Origin: Takakia lepidozioides
Taxonomy: Eukaryota > Plantae > Bryophyta
DNA length: 64,000 nt
Direction: 5' to 3'
NCBI GenBank assembly: GCA_030704615.1
Contig: CM060733.1
Span: 5,394,001 to 5,458,000 of the forward strand
Shown piece after piece: positions 12,022 to 23,924 of the stretch; positions within the stretch are counted from its first letter, which is position 1, and each line of letters begins with the position of its first letter. Position numbers and translations under genes: made by a program. Under the pieces are notes generated by a model. It was not told the DNA's origin. It saw only the letters and a list, made by a program, of their open reading frames with translations, and made no database searches.

Positions 12022-12264
12022 TTAGATCATATTTCCTTGTCCGAGTAAGCATTCACTCTGACTGTTAATGTCATCCACGAACAGCTTTGCACACTCCTTG
12101 AGTTCCTTCACTAATATAGTGTCCATTGCCCTCTCGAATGTGACAGTAGGCATTATCAGCCACTCATAAAGTCCAGATTTTGTCAGTATTGTTGTCTTTT
12201 TTATGTCTTCCTCAACCATTTTGATTGCCAAAATCCACTTTGTAAGTGTAATGTTGTGAACCAA
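12022..12264 (-). pseudogene. Ty3/Gypsy reverse transcriptase fragment
   Basis: IKMVEEDIKKTTILTKSGLYEWLIMP...TFERAMD...LFVDDIN (RT motifs including FVDD). Confidence 0.8.
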
Positions 12265-12427
12265 TTAGCGTTTCCCAATCTTTGTAGGACATCCAATACT
12301 TGACTTTAATTGGTGAGATTTATGTTAACCCAACTACATCTTGTAAAAATATATTACTAGAAAAGAATAGATATTTTAAATCGCACAACATAAATTCAAC
12401 AAATAGCTAATTGCGTAAATGCTCGCT

Positions 12428-12800
12428 TCTCATTGAAAGATAATAGCGTCTTCAATGCATACGCGTGTGCCTGTGGCAGGGCCCACGTGTAGACTAGACT
12501 GCAGAGTGGACTCGCCTTTCAACGCACTGGGCAGATCCTCGAGCGGACTCTATAGGTGGATTCAGAGTCCACTCTGCACGTAGAGTGGACCCTCTAGTGG
12601 ACTAGACTGCAGAGTGGACCCTCTCCAGCGGAATCTGGAGAGTCGGTGGACCCTCGAGCACATTCTCCATAAGAGACTAGACTATCCAATGGACGCTTCG
12701 GCGGACCCGGTGGATGGGCACTGGTCTTAGGAGCTGACCCCACGGGCCAAACTGGTGGGGCCCATAGGCGCATTGAAGACACTATTATCTTAAAATGAGA
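12428..12800. mobile_element. MITE-like element with 31-bp terminal inverted repeats
   Basis: tctcattgaaagataatagcgtcttcaatgc versus the reverse complement of 12770-12800 (28/31 match). Internal actagactgcagagtggac repeats. Confidence 0.65.
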
Positions 12801-14448
12801 GCCTAAATGCTCCTCCTAATTTGTGAATAAATATTTGTATCTACTTTTCATACACATTAATTAATTTAGTAATAAGTAAAGATGAGGGATATAATAGTGG
12901 TTATAATTAGTTCTATGTGCTGTCTTTGGTTTCCCATATATTGTATCATTATAGCAAAAACCTAGTGCATGCATGAATTGTTTTTGACCAAGAGCTTGTA
13001 TTTTTTTTCCTCGTTTTTTTTTTTTTTTTTTTTTTTTTGTTTTTTGTTTTTGTTTTTTGGTCCAACTCTTTTTTATTTTTTTACCTCTTATAACAGGAAG
13101 GTGGACACCTTCATGACACACCAGACGGTGGTTTCCTCGCTTTCCAATTACATGATCAGATGGCCGGGGATATATTACTGTGGATTGAGGATCTTAGTTG
13201 CATTAAACACATGGCAAATTAGAAAGTTGTCATTTCAAAATCAATTTCAGAATAGATACACTGATTATCCAATAACAAATCATAATGAGATTGTCCAGCT
13301 TTGACAACGTACTTCCATAGCAAAATAGTGTATCAAAATGCATTATCTTTGTATACCAAACATAGACCTTATCTGGTTTCTTTGCCATGTGCATCTAAGA
13401 ATTGAAAATTTGACACACACACATACTACATATATAAGAAAATCTATAAAAACAACTAATGAAAGTACAAATGGAGGTGTTAAACGCCTTTGACACATGA
13501 TATTTATCTTTCATGAATGCTTCTTGTTGAGCCCTTGATGTAGCTCAAGGGTACAAAAATGTTGTTAATGGATTTTCATTTTAAGATGGGTGCTATTATT
13601 GACTTGATAAAAATTTTGTGTTTTAAATATGTAGATGTTGGTTTGTTTTTAAAAACAAAATCTTTTTGTAGGGGGTGTTGGGGGAGGGGGGAGGGGGGTT
13701 GGTATTGCGTGAGTGCAAGTGTGAGCAATTTGGCATGAGTACAAGTGCTCACGTGAGCACAATATCAAAGTACTTATAGGCCATATGAACCTTGACAAAA
13801 TAATATATATATCATATCTCAGTATCGTAAATAAAATCTATGACCAAGATTATTATGGGATGTTATGAACATTTTACCAAAGACTTTGAAATACATCAAT
13901 CTTCTTACAAGTATCACCATTTGACTTCGCGGCAACATACATAACCCTTATAGCACAAATGATCTTGAGATATATATAAATATAACATCCGGATCGATCA
14001 CCACTTCCATGAGAGTCATCGGCCATCTCAATGTCATTTATTCTCTTTTAGCTTACCATTATTTCCAAACATGATTCAAGTGACAAACAATATGTTATTT
14101 TGACTATTGCTAGCCCATTCTGGTGGTCCTCTGAGCTTAAGCTTATCCTTTGTCGACACTGTATCGCTTAGATATTTATGACTACTCCTATAGAACTCAA
14201 CCTAAATTGGGGCCCCAATACTAACAAGCCGCCAACGGCGAGAGGCTCTATCCATTGAAGCAACAATTTTGACAAGCTGCCATGTGGTTTATGCTTAAGA
14301 GTTTTTTTAGACCAGTCATACTCTTGACATGGTGTAAGATCTGTTGACCACATTTTCTCAGTTGACTTCAACAGGATGCAAAGTCTCTCCCAAGTGACAG
14401 AGCCAACAAATATTAAATATATGACGCCTCCCCAAGGAAGCGTAAATT

Positions 14449-14566
14449 ATGGTGTCTCTTGATCCCAAAGGGCTACTGCCTTCGGGCAGAAGGTGGACAC
14501 TTTGCGACATGAATCGGTGGATTGATCCCACTTCTAAGGTGGGATGTGCCCATTACCACTGGGCTA
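14449..14566 (-). mobile_element. tRNA-derived SINE copy
   Basis: Minus strand begins TAGCCCAGTGG (A-box-like) and shares its body (gtgtccacctt...gaaggcagt.gccc...acaccat) with 35899-36025. Confidence 0.6.
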
Positions 14567-16780
14567 CAACTTGGTTGTCTCCCCAATATTATAGTTTGCT
14601 AGGTACTAGAGCAGGTAGCCCAGTGGTTGGGAGTTTGTGCCTTGCATGTGCATAACGTATTAGGGTAATTATCGCCCTCGGCGCCATGCCCTCAAATCCG
14701 CGAATGCCCCACATGAGGGGCGTTACCCTGCGTAAAAAGAAATAGGATGATTTCTTGTCTTTTCATCGTTCTTTTATCATTTCTCCCCGCTAGTAGCTTC
14801 CCGTGAAAAAACTTCTTGGAGGTAAAGATAAAGAAATGTCGCAGGTATGCATTACATGAGTGTGTAATGCACTGGTAATCGTGTGGCTGATTGTTACGCT
14901 GTATAACGCACAGAAATTTACAAAGAGAATCAGCACTACTTCTTTACATAGGTAATCTAGGATTGAAATTGTTATCCACCTTCCAACAGTAGTCCCTTGG
15001 GATGAATAGACAACATAAATACACCTTCGGGAGGTCTCATCCATTTTTTAAGTTTGCTAGAGGAATGGCTCTTATCACTTGATTATGAGATCACAACTTT
15101 TATGAATAGTTCATATTGTAGGATTCAAGGTAAGAAGGGTGGGGAGGATTTGAAAGGGGCCATAGCTGGAGGAGCCCATGCTACCTAAACCTGGTGAAAG
15201 TACCATCAAATGGCACGCATGCATTAAGTTCTGACATTATTCATATTTTTTTCCATAAAATTTCAACAACTTAATGTGAAATTTTAGTATTTAATGTCAA
15301 ATTGAATGGCCAAATTTTTTGGGATTTATCTTATAATATTAGAAAATATCCAAATTATACAATTATTCACACATTCACATCCTGAAGGGTTTTTTTGGAA
15401 AAAAAAAATAATCAACAGGGTACAGAGGCCCTGGAAGCTTTATTCAGGATTATTTTAGGGGAATTTTTTTAAACCCTAGGTACACCATAACCCTTGGGAG
15501 GGTCACTCCCCGTATTTTCAAAACCACGTGAGAACAAATATAGGGTGTAGTTTTTTTTTTTGAGGTAAATTTTAGAAAAGTTTTACTTGAAAAATATGGT
15601 AGGACAATATCCTTTCACCCAGTTTTTTCTTAAAAAGGGGCACAAAAAATCCAGAGTTATACTTAAAAAGTTAATGTAATAAAAGATTTTATCTACAGTA
15701 TAATATATCCATCCTTATAAAGTTCCTCATATTTCATCCAACTCTAATCCATTAGGATGAAATCTTCTCAAAACTTCATTCATTCATCAGGCTTCTTTGA
15801 TGAATAAGCATGCTCTACCCAAATCTGGGGGTCCTTCGATTATGATGTTTTTGAATTGGTTCTCTAAAGGTAGAGGTCACCTAAAGTTCAAATATGATTC
15901 CAGTGATACACAATGGATTGATGTTGAGACCATAATCTCAACAGTGACTATGACATTTGAACCATCTCAGAACTTATACTCTTTAGATCTAAGTGATGCT
16001 GCGGCTTTGAATGAGTTCGTGGCTAATGAAATTAAACTTTTCCTTGGGTCCAGCATTTTACTTATGTATGGAATGTTGTTTGTGTACATGCTTTGAAATT
16101 TTGTAATTATTTAAAAAGACAATTTAAAATAGGATCTAATTAATTGTTGCAAAAAAATTATAAAGAAAAATAGGGTATTATGAAACAAAGGGTTTTACAA
16201 TATTTCCTAAAGATAGGGTGGAAAAAAAATGTAAAATTTTAAAAATATAACCTAGTATAAATATACCTTTGTACGCACGTGATATGGAAAAGATACATAT
16301 AGTGACCCCCCCGTGCCATAACCATAGTGAGTGAACAAAAATCGAACCTCGGAAGGGAGTGAGTGAACGGACATTTACACCCCAATGAAATATGATGAGG
16401 GCCAGATGAGCCTGAAGGGTTTTACATTGAAAAACCATACAATGAGACAAACTACGTAGTTGGTTATTCTTTCCACTCTCTATTCCGAGTACTGCGTATT
16501 GTGTACTGTCCTGTTTTCTCCCAAAAAAAGAAAAGCAAAGAGAACGATGCAAACCATCACATGGACTGCAATGTCAGAATTCAGCCTTGCATTTGATGTT
16601 GTTGTAAACTTTAAGTGTTTTTTACTGGTTCTATTTTTAATTAAAGGGAAACACATGGGAGCGACAGCTCACAAATCAGGCCCCTTACCATCGTAAAGAA
16701 GTGCGGCTGATTTCTCTTTGCTAATATATGCTCGTTATATAGCGTAATAGCCAGCCACACGAGTACCAGGGCATTACCGT

Positions 16781-16815
16781 GCAGGTGTGTAATGCACAGT
16801 GCATTACACACCTGC
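16781..16815. repeat. Perfect 17-bp-arm palindrome with 1-nt spacer
   Basis: gcaggtgtgtaatgcac-a-gtgcattacacacctgc. Confidence 0.95.
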
Positions 16816-17299
16816 GTAACGCCCTGTGCATTACAAATCTTGCGTAATGTACACCTACGATATTTCTTTATCTTTATCTCCAAATTAATCTTTTACAGGT
16901 TCACCATTTCTTTTTATCATCTTTGGCAGAGTTTGCCGTTTACAGGAGAGCAGCAATGTGCCGCAACAAATCAATGTAACAATGTGCTGCCAAAAATATC
17001 TATACAATGTAGTTGCAATATGCAGTTTCCGTAAAACTTGAATTCACAGAAATTGAATCAATCCTGCGTCGCATGTGCTTTGTTCGCGAGTGCAGCTCGA
17101 AGTAAAGTACCCGTTTCAACAACATCAGCACTGAGATTAAGAGTGATAATATTGCAATTCTGCATATTATTGAAGTTTTGGCATGTCTACACACAAGAAG
17201 ACAACGTAGGGAAGCGGCTTGACATACTTGGTGACATAGCAGAATTCTGTCAAATAAGATCTTGCTCAGCCTGCACGAATATTTCATCTGACATATCGT

Positions 17300-18700
17300 A
17301 GTAGTTCTCCTCGTCCCCTTGTGAGCAACTTGCACTATGGCATTATGAATATTTGCAAAATGACGAACAACTCCTAGAGAACTGTTTAATGATGTGTCGC
17401 CAAGAATCTGCCGAGTTTGTGTAAGGACCGGCTGACCATCTTGCTGGATCAATGCGTACTTACGAGACTCATCCTCAAGAGCCTCCACAAATGTCAAGGG
17501 CTTTCCATCCAATTTCTCCCCAGATATTATCCTCTGTGTAGCCCTATAATGTAGCATTTTGTCAATCCGAGAATATTTCTCGTAGCTTTCTTCATCTCGG
17601 TGACCAGTAAGTCGCATTGCAATCCTTGAAGGAACAAATCCCTCATGTATGCGAGTGATCCTTGTAGACCTATCAAACTTGTTCGTAAGATCTTTGTTCT
17701 CCAAGCCACGAATTCCTGCCGTCATCTTCTTAGTCATACCACTCAAGCTATTGCGGCCAACAGGACCTTTTGAAAAACCATATAGGATTCACTTTCCACT
17801 TTGTCAAAGGAGTCAAGAAAAGTGGATGAGGCCCAGCCTCATCAACACCAAATACAGGTCACCGAGCAATCAATAGTTCAAAAGTTTTTATAACATCGGC
17901 CATTGGACAGTGAACAGGCTTCCGAAGATTTTGTGACCCGCACCGTGTCACATCCACCTTCGTGGTCTTAGAAATTCCAGGTGTATAATAGAGCACCCTT
18001 TAATCTCAAAATCTTGCACCAGTGTTGCACGCATTCAGCAGCAGCTCTTATAAAAAGGTTGTGCGCACAGTACCACACGAACCTGAAGTTTAAGCCGCGG
18101 CTCAACGTATCGCATTGGCACATCGGCTGAGCAAGCACCAATTCCTCTTCGTCCAAAGTGTCAGAGTTCTTTAATATCTTTACCAAGACCAGCAGCAAAA
18201 GACCGCATCACAACTTCATCTCCCGCAACTTTGGCCCTCTGGTAACGAACATCCGTAAAAATATTAAACTTCTTCTACGGCTTGCTAGATTGAATGCACC
18301 TCAAATTACACCTGGCACAGATTAATCTTCCGAGACCTCGCATTAATGATTGTAAAGTTTGAGACGGGTACATAGTGTCGTCCACTTTGTTAACCTTAAG
18401 GATGAACATAGATATCATGTCAACAAATTCATGTAGATCCTTTTTTTCAGACATGTCTTCGACCGAAATGCTTGTATTGTGCCTCTTCTCAGAGCGGCAG
18501 TCATCAAAAGTCTTACGAGCCCATTCATCAACAACTCGACTCCTATGACGACTACCTGCATCGATTGTCCGTTTTTCGTGATCTGATATCGTCCGGTGTC
18601 TTCGATTAACAAGTTCCAAACACTCCTTGGTATTTTCTTCCGAGGAAGAATCACTTCCCAAACCTTCAAATCCTGGACATTCCTAGGGGAGAACAAAATC
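17300..18700 (-). pseudogene. Crypton/DUF3504 (KCTD1/ZMYM-type) tyrosine recombinase, degenerate
   Basis: N-terminal WARKTFDDCR...ISMFILKVNKVDDTMYPSQTLQSLMRGLGR; middle NLFIRAAAE (catalytic R region); C-terminal LTNKFDRSTRITR...IAMRLTGHRDEESYEKY (degenerate H-x-x-R, TGH, Y). Several frameshifts. Confidence 0.72.
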
Positions 18701-20039
18701 TGAATCAAATGCACATGGCTCCAAACCTTCAATCCTTGGACATTCCTGAGGGAGAAAAAAATCTAAATCAAATGCACCTGGTCCCAAACACTGTCGTTTC
18801 GCACTTCCACAAGCCTCATGCTCGCTGCCAACCTCCATTGTAGCAGCAATAGCGAAAACACAGAATCACCAGACATCTGGCACTTAACAACAATGGCGGA
18901 AAAATAAACAAATAAGAAAAAGAGAATCTTTAGATAATTCATCATGGAACATGGGCAAGCAAAACAATAAAAATAAAAATCAAATGGCTTCTTACAATTA
19001 TATTATTAAATAAATGCATGCAATTCATGCAAGCCCTGCCCTCTAGTAATTATGAATAGATAGTAAAAATCTGGAAGATCACACAGTGTTTATTAATAAA
19101 TATCGCGGTAACAGGACTTGAGCCCTGAATCACCCGGGTGGCATGCAGGGGAATATCCTCATTTATGGCATGCACAAGAAGTTGAACTCCAGACCTAAAG
19201 GCCATGAAACTGTTCATCCAGGGGATGTCATTCATTAGAAATATGAACAGAATATTCTGGTGGCAACTGTCTCGATCGAATTGGAAGCGCAATCGAAAGT
19301 ATCAATATATGAAGCGAGACGTTTGATTTGTTTTGTTTTGTTTTGTCACGTTGAGATGTCCCAAACCGCGCCCCAGCCCTGATGCTTGGTACCGTTGGAA
19401 AGCCCTCGGTGAGGAGGGGTGCACCGGCTTGGTCTCACGATTTTTGGACGGGCGGTGTGGGAGATGTGGAATTTCAAGTACTTTGGGTCGCTGGAAATCC
19501 GGAAAAGAAAGCAAAATGGGCTCTTCTGGGACAATGGTTGGAACCTCGACGGGAGGTTGTTGTTGGTTTTTTTCTGTCAAATTTCAAATACTTTTGGTTC
19601 CTGGAAATTCTTGCTACTCAATAAATTCATGGAAAACAACAAAAAATAATTTTCAGTCGAATTTCAAGTATTTGTTTTATTTTTTTGGATGAAATCTTGA
19701 TATTTTATTGTGAGGGGAAAAAAAAAAACCCTGTGGGGCCATAAGGCATACACACCTGACGGTGAGGGACGAACCGAGAGTACTTTTAACGGAGAGAAAT
19801 CCATCCCAGAGGATGAGGTGGAATGCTACGATTAAGAACAACAGCTGGGAGAGGGCCAAAAACGAATCTAGTGCTCACGAGATGCGAGCTCCAAAATGAG
19901 GGCAAGGGTATGCCGACTAGCCCAGACAGATTCCTACCACTGTGATCAATGAAAGGAGCATCATATAAGTGAACTTGCAGTTTAGAACAAGGAAGCCATG
20001 ATCGGCTTGAGAGAAGAAAGCAGTGGAAAGATCAGCTCT

Positions 20040-20780
20040 GAGCTTTCTTGGGACAATGATTGGATTACTCAATATAAATTCATGGAAAACAATAAATTGA
20101 AGCTACCCTATGAGGAGATATACTTTTGGTTGCTGGAAATTCTTGCTACTCAATAAATTCATGGAAAACAACAAAAAATAATTTTCAGTCGAATTTCAAG
20201 TACTTTTGGTTGCTGGAAATTCGTAAAAAATAGCAAATTGAGCTTTTTTGGGACAATGATTGGATTACTCTATAAATTCATGGAAAAAAATAGATTGAAG
20301 CTACCCTACGAGGAGATATACTTTTGGTTGCTGAATTCTTGCTACTCAATAAATTCATGGAAAACAACAAAAAATAATTTTCAGTCGAATTTCAAGTACT
20401 TTTGGTTGCTGGAGATTCGTGACAAAATAGGAAATTGGGCTTTCTTGGGACAATGATTGGATTACTCAATAAATTCATGGAAAACAATAAATTGAAGCTA
20501 CCATATGAGGAGATATGGAATTTCAAGTACTTTTGGTTGCTGGAAACCCTTGCTACTCAATAAATTCATGAAAAACAACAAATTGGTTTTTTCAGTCGAA
20601 TTTCAAGCACTTTTGGTTGTTGGAGATTCGTGAAAAATAGCAAATTGGGCTTTCTTCGAACAATGATTGGATTACTCAATAAATTCGTGGAAAACAATAG
20701 ATTGAAGCTACCCTATGAGAAGATATGGAATTTCAAGTACTTTGGTTATTGGAAATTCGTGAAAATAACAAAGACAGAAA
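20040..20780 (+). repeat. ~200-bp tandem repeat (~3.5 copies) in Helitron 5' region
   Basis: Units starting g(a/g)gct(t)..gggacaatgattggattactc near 20040, 20240, 20437 and 20647. Related sequence at 19465-19680. Confidence 0.9.
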
Positions 20781-21287
20781 CCCATCAATATATGAAACGA
20801 GGTTGTTTGTTTGTTTTGTTTTGTAGCTTCTTACACATCTGAAAAGGTACGTTTGACAAGATACCAATAAGCTAAAGATATATAACCCCTTACATACGAA
20901 GATGGATATCATTATTTCAATATTTTATGTCATTTCCTTTCATATTCATCCAATATTGTTCTCATTCATCTACAAAGAAACATACCTCCTAGACGTCGTG
21001 GTGGTGTTAGTTTACGCACAGAACGTGCACGAGCATGACAACGTGCTACTAGATTAAGAGATGTGGAAACCAATGAGGAGAGGGAGGAAAGGCTCCGTGC
21101 TCAGGCCGCTTATCAGGCATCCCATGTAGCAACTGTTAGGGCCGCAAAATCCTCTGCTCAAGCGGAAAAACAGTTGCTAGCTCAGGTTGTTTATCAAGCA
21201 CTCCATGTAGCAGCTGTTAGGGCCGCAAAGTCCTCCGCTCAAGCGGAAGAACGGCTGATAGCTCAGGCCGCCTATCAAGCACCCCAT

Positions 21288-21640
21288 GCAAGCTCTTCAC
21301 AATTATAGTCAAGTTGTTCTGCAATGAGTGGATTTGGACAGTGTACTATCCACTCCAAAATGGATTGCGGCATACCTAGTGTGGCGGACAATAAAGTGTT
21401 GTGATGTTCCCTCAAAGATTCGTCAATGAGAAATAATCCGTAATCGTATACTTCATGCTCAGTGGGGTCGTCAAGATGGTGCTGTACTTGCAGCCGGTGT
21501 TGTAAATCATTGCATAGATGATGACGAAATTGTTCCTACAGTTGTCTAGGTTTGTTAGGAGTGCAAAACCTAAGTAATGTCACAAACAAATGTCGTTATT
21601 GTGATCATGTACGGAAAAGTGAAGCTTTTTCCAGGGTTGC
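21288..21640 (-). pseudogene. Helitron Rep-helicase linker segment
   Basis: Manual translation: RHLFVTLLRFCTPNKPRQL*EQFRHHLCNDLQHRL...EVYDYGLFLIDESL...MPQ...NPLIAEQLDYNCEEL. Confidence 0.8.
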
Positions 21641-22853
21641 TTCAAGATGCAAACAGGTGGTACCTGCTTGTGGAGCTACAGCCTTTGTGGCAGCTATGTT
21701 CTATGATACCAGAAGACAGCTATCATCCATGGTCGCCAAGGATTACTCTCTGCGGTCTTACCTCCATAGGTTGAAGGGGAGTAGGGAAATTTTTCTAGCA
21801 AAATATAGTAAGTCAGAGGTCATTTGATGGAGCAAATTGTAATGGTTAGTGGTAACTATGACCTTTTGCATCTCTGCATATCTCAATTATTCCATATGTG
21901 GTGTAAGGTTGTATGCATTCTTTCAAGTACGTAAATTCTCAATTCCTTGTAAGTTTTATACAAGGGTTCACCAATTCAAGTATGTGCATCATATCTTGCA
22001 GAAGGAGAATCATGTTCTTCTTTGCACTATCAAGATTTATATATAGATAAGTCTCCTCAAAGCCCGTCCTGATACTCCACCACTAGGCCAGTGCACCAAC
22101 TGGAAAGAGGAAGGGCACTTGGTCTGTCACCCATCCGTCCCTACAAAATGCCTGTGCTGAGCCTCATAATCCATGTTACTCCCTCCCCTAAATCATCTTT
22201 CATTCTTCCTTCAGATCGATAGTAACATTGAACTATTTTTCCTCGCTTTGATTCCCTTGGGGCCTCCAGTGCATGTTTATATTTCTTCAGCCACTTCTCA
22301 ATAGAGTGGTGCAGAGGGAGCACAGGAGGGTCAGTGAAAGTGAATGTTTTATATATGGTTCTTTGAACCCAACAATGAGTGCTGCAAGGATAGCACATAT
22401 GATACAGTGACATTGCAATGTCGCAGGAGAAGATATTTGCCCATAGAAAGACTGCATTGTCAAAATGCAACTGATAATATTCCACTGCATCATCACATGA
22501 TGGTCTGGCTATTATCAACCCTCTACATGACTTCTACAACTTAATGAATTGCCCTAGCTTTGTCTGGGATCGAGCCATAACCAGGATCATCAAGGTCCCT
22601 AACAATTTGGTTGGGGGAATGTACGGTCAGGTCAACATGGAATCCCTAATCCCAACAGGGCCTCAGCACAAAAGCCAAGATAAATACCATGACACCCTTG
22701 AGCCTCTCACTGCATTTCATTTGAGAGGAAGTTGATTCCAAATTGGACGTGATGCCACCAAACCACAACCATGTGCATCAACCCCGCCTCCCACAGGTAT
22801 GCCTCAAACCCAGGAACATGTGTCCCAGTTGGCTAAATGCCTGATATATCCTC

Positions 22854-23665
22854 TCATTCTCTTTTGGGAAGTTGCTGACAAATACAGTCAGGAGCTGGAT
22901 ATCTGAAAATAGAATACTTCTGCATCCGGGGCATAGGTGCACCCAGTCGACTCTTGTATGCAGTCACAACCCTCGAGGAGAACTCTTTCCAACTGATTGA
23001 GTTGTTGGCAAAGACGTTGGCCAGAAGGGCTTTGTCAGGATGGATTGACTTTCGGGGTCCAAAAAAGGTCCGTTGTCCACTCTGCATATGACACAGGGGT
23101 CAAGTCAGGAATAACCTTATTGTACAACTTCAATACAAACTTTGTGGATCAATAGGACTAACCCAGACATCAGTGAACCAGTGTCATTCATTGCAACTGA
23201 ATCATATACGAAAGGCAAAGATGTGCTGCATGGCAAAACTTGGCAACGCTCTGAGGCTAGTTTCCCCCCCTCTGGCTACGAAAAGGAAAGGGAGAAGTGT
23301 ACTCATTGAACCTCTGGTATGAACTTTGACATTGGCTCGGAGGCCATAGTGCCGAAAACCTTCTTGACCTGGGCATGGAGGTTTACCCACAAGGGCGTGA
23401 TCTTCAACCCTATCTTCTCAATAGACCTATAGCACAAACTCAATGGCAACCCAGCTACATGATTCATTGAGTGATGGGAGAAATCTACCAGAACATTGGG
23501 AAAGTTGCCTGCAGCATTGGACATAAAGACATCACTGTTGAGCAAGACAATAAAGTCCAGGGCCGCAAGTTTGTGTGCATGAGGCAAAAAATGCCCAAGT
23601 TCCTTCTTGAAAGCCAAAGTATACTTGCTCTCCAGAAATGGAAACATTTCTTTCAATGGCTTGAT
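22854..23665 (-). pseudogene. Captured C-terminal two exons of a plant O-fucosyltransferase (DUF246/OFUT) gene
   Basis: IKPLKEMFPFLESKYTLA...LAALDFIVLLNSDVFMSNAAGNFPNVL|gt (23489), then cag|SGQRTFFGPRKSIHPD...PDCIC (23081-22854). Phase-0 intron retained. Confidence 0.8.
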
Positions 23666-23924
23666 GCGTTGTTGTTGTTGATTGTATCGGTGCTTCTTGC
23701 TCATGGTCTTGCTCCTCTTGATCGTCTTTGTCTATTAGTTCATCTTGTTCTGGAATTGGTGGCAGAAATTCCTCGTGAATGTCTGTCACCAACTTCGCCA
23801 ATTGACATTTCATTTGTCTTACCATTGCCCTGTTGAGTTTCTTCATTTCCAGTTCACTCCTTTCATTCAACCAGAAGGCTGCGTCTGCTGCGTCCAGCCC
23901 TGCTTGTAGTGTCAGCTTCTCCAG

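Noticed and set aside
12861-13304. Lys-rich / Phe-rich ORFs
   Set aside because: Artefacts of a poly(T) tract.
15797-16096. 99-aa ORF as a host gene
   Set aside because: Isolated in AT-rich repeat debris with weak inverted flanks. Probably a DNA-transposon ORF remnant, family not identifiable.
20040-20780. Possible CRISPR-like array
   Set aside because: Units are contiguous ~200-bp tandem repeats without unique spacers, in a eukaryotic Helitron context.
23904-23912. CACTACAAG on minus strand as a Pack-CACTA end for the cargo
   Set aside because: No matching TIR at the other cargo end (~21640), no subterminal repeats, and it lies within coding-like sequence.
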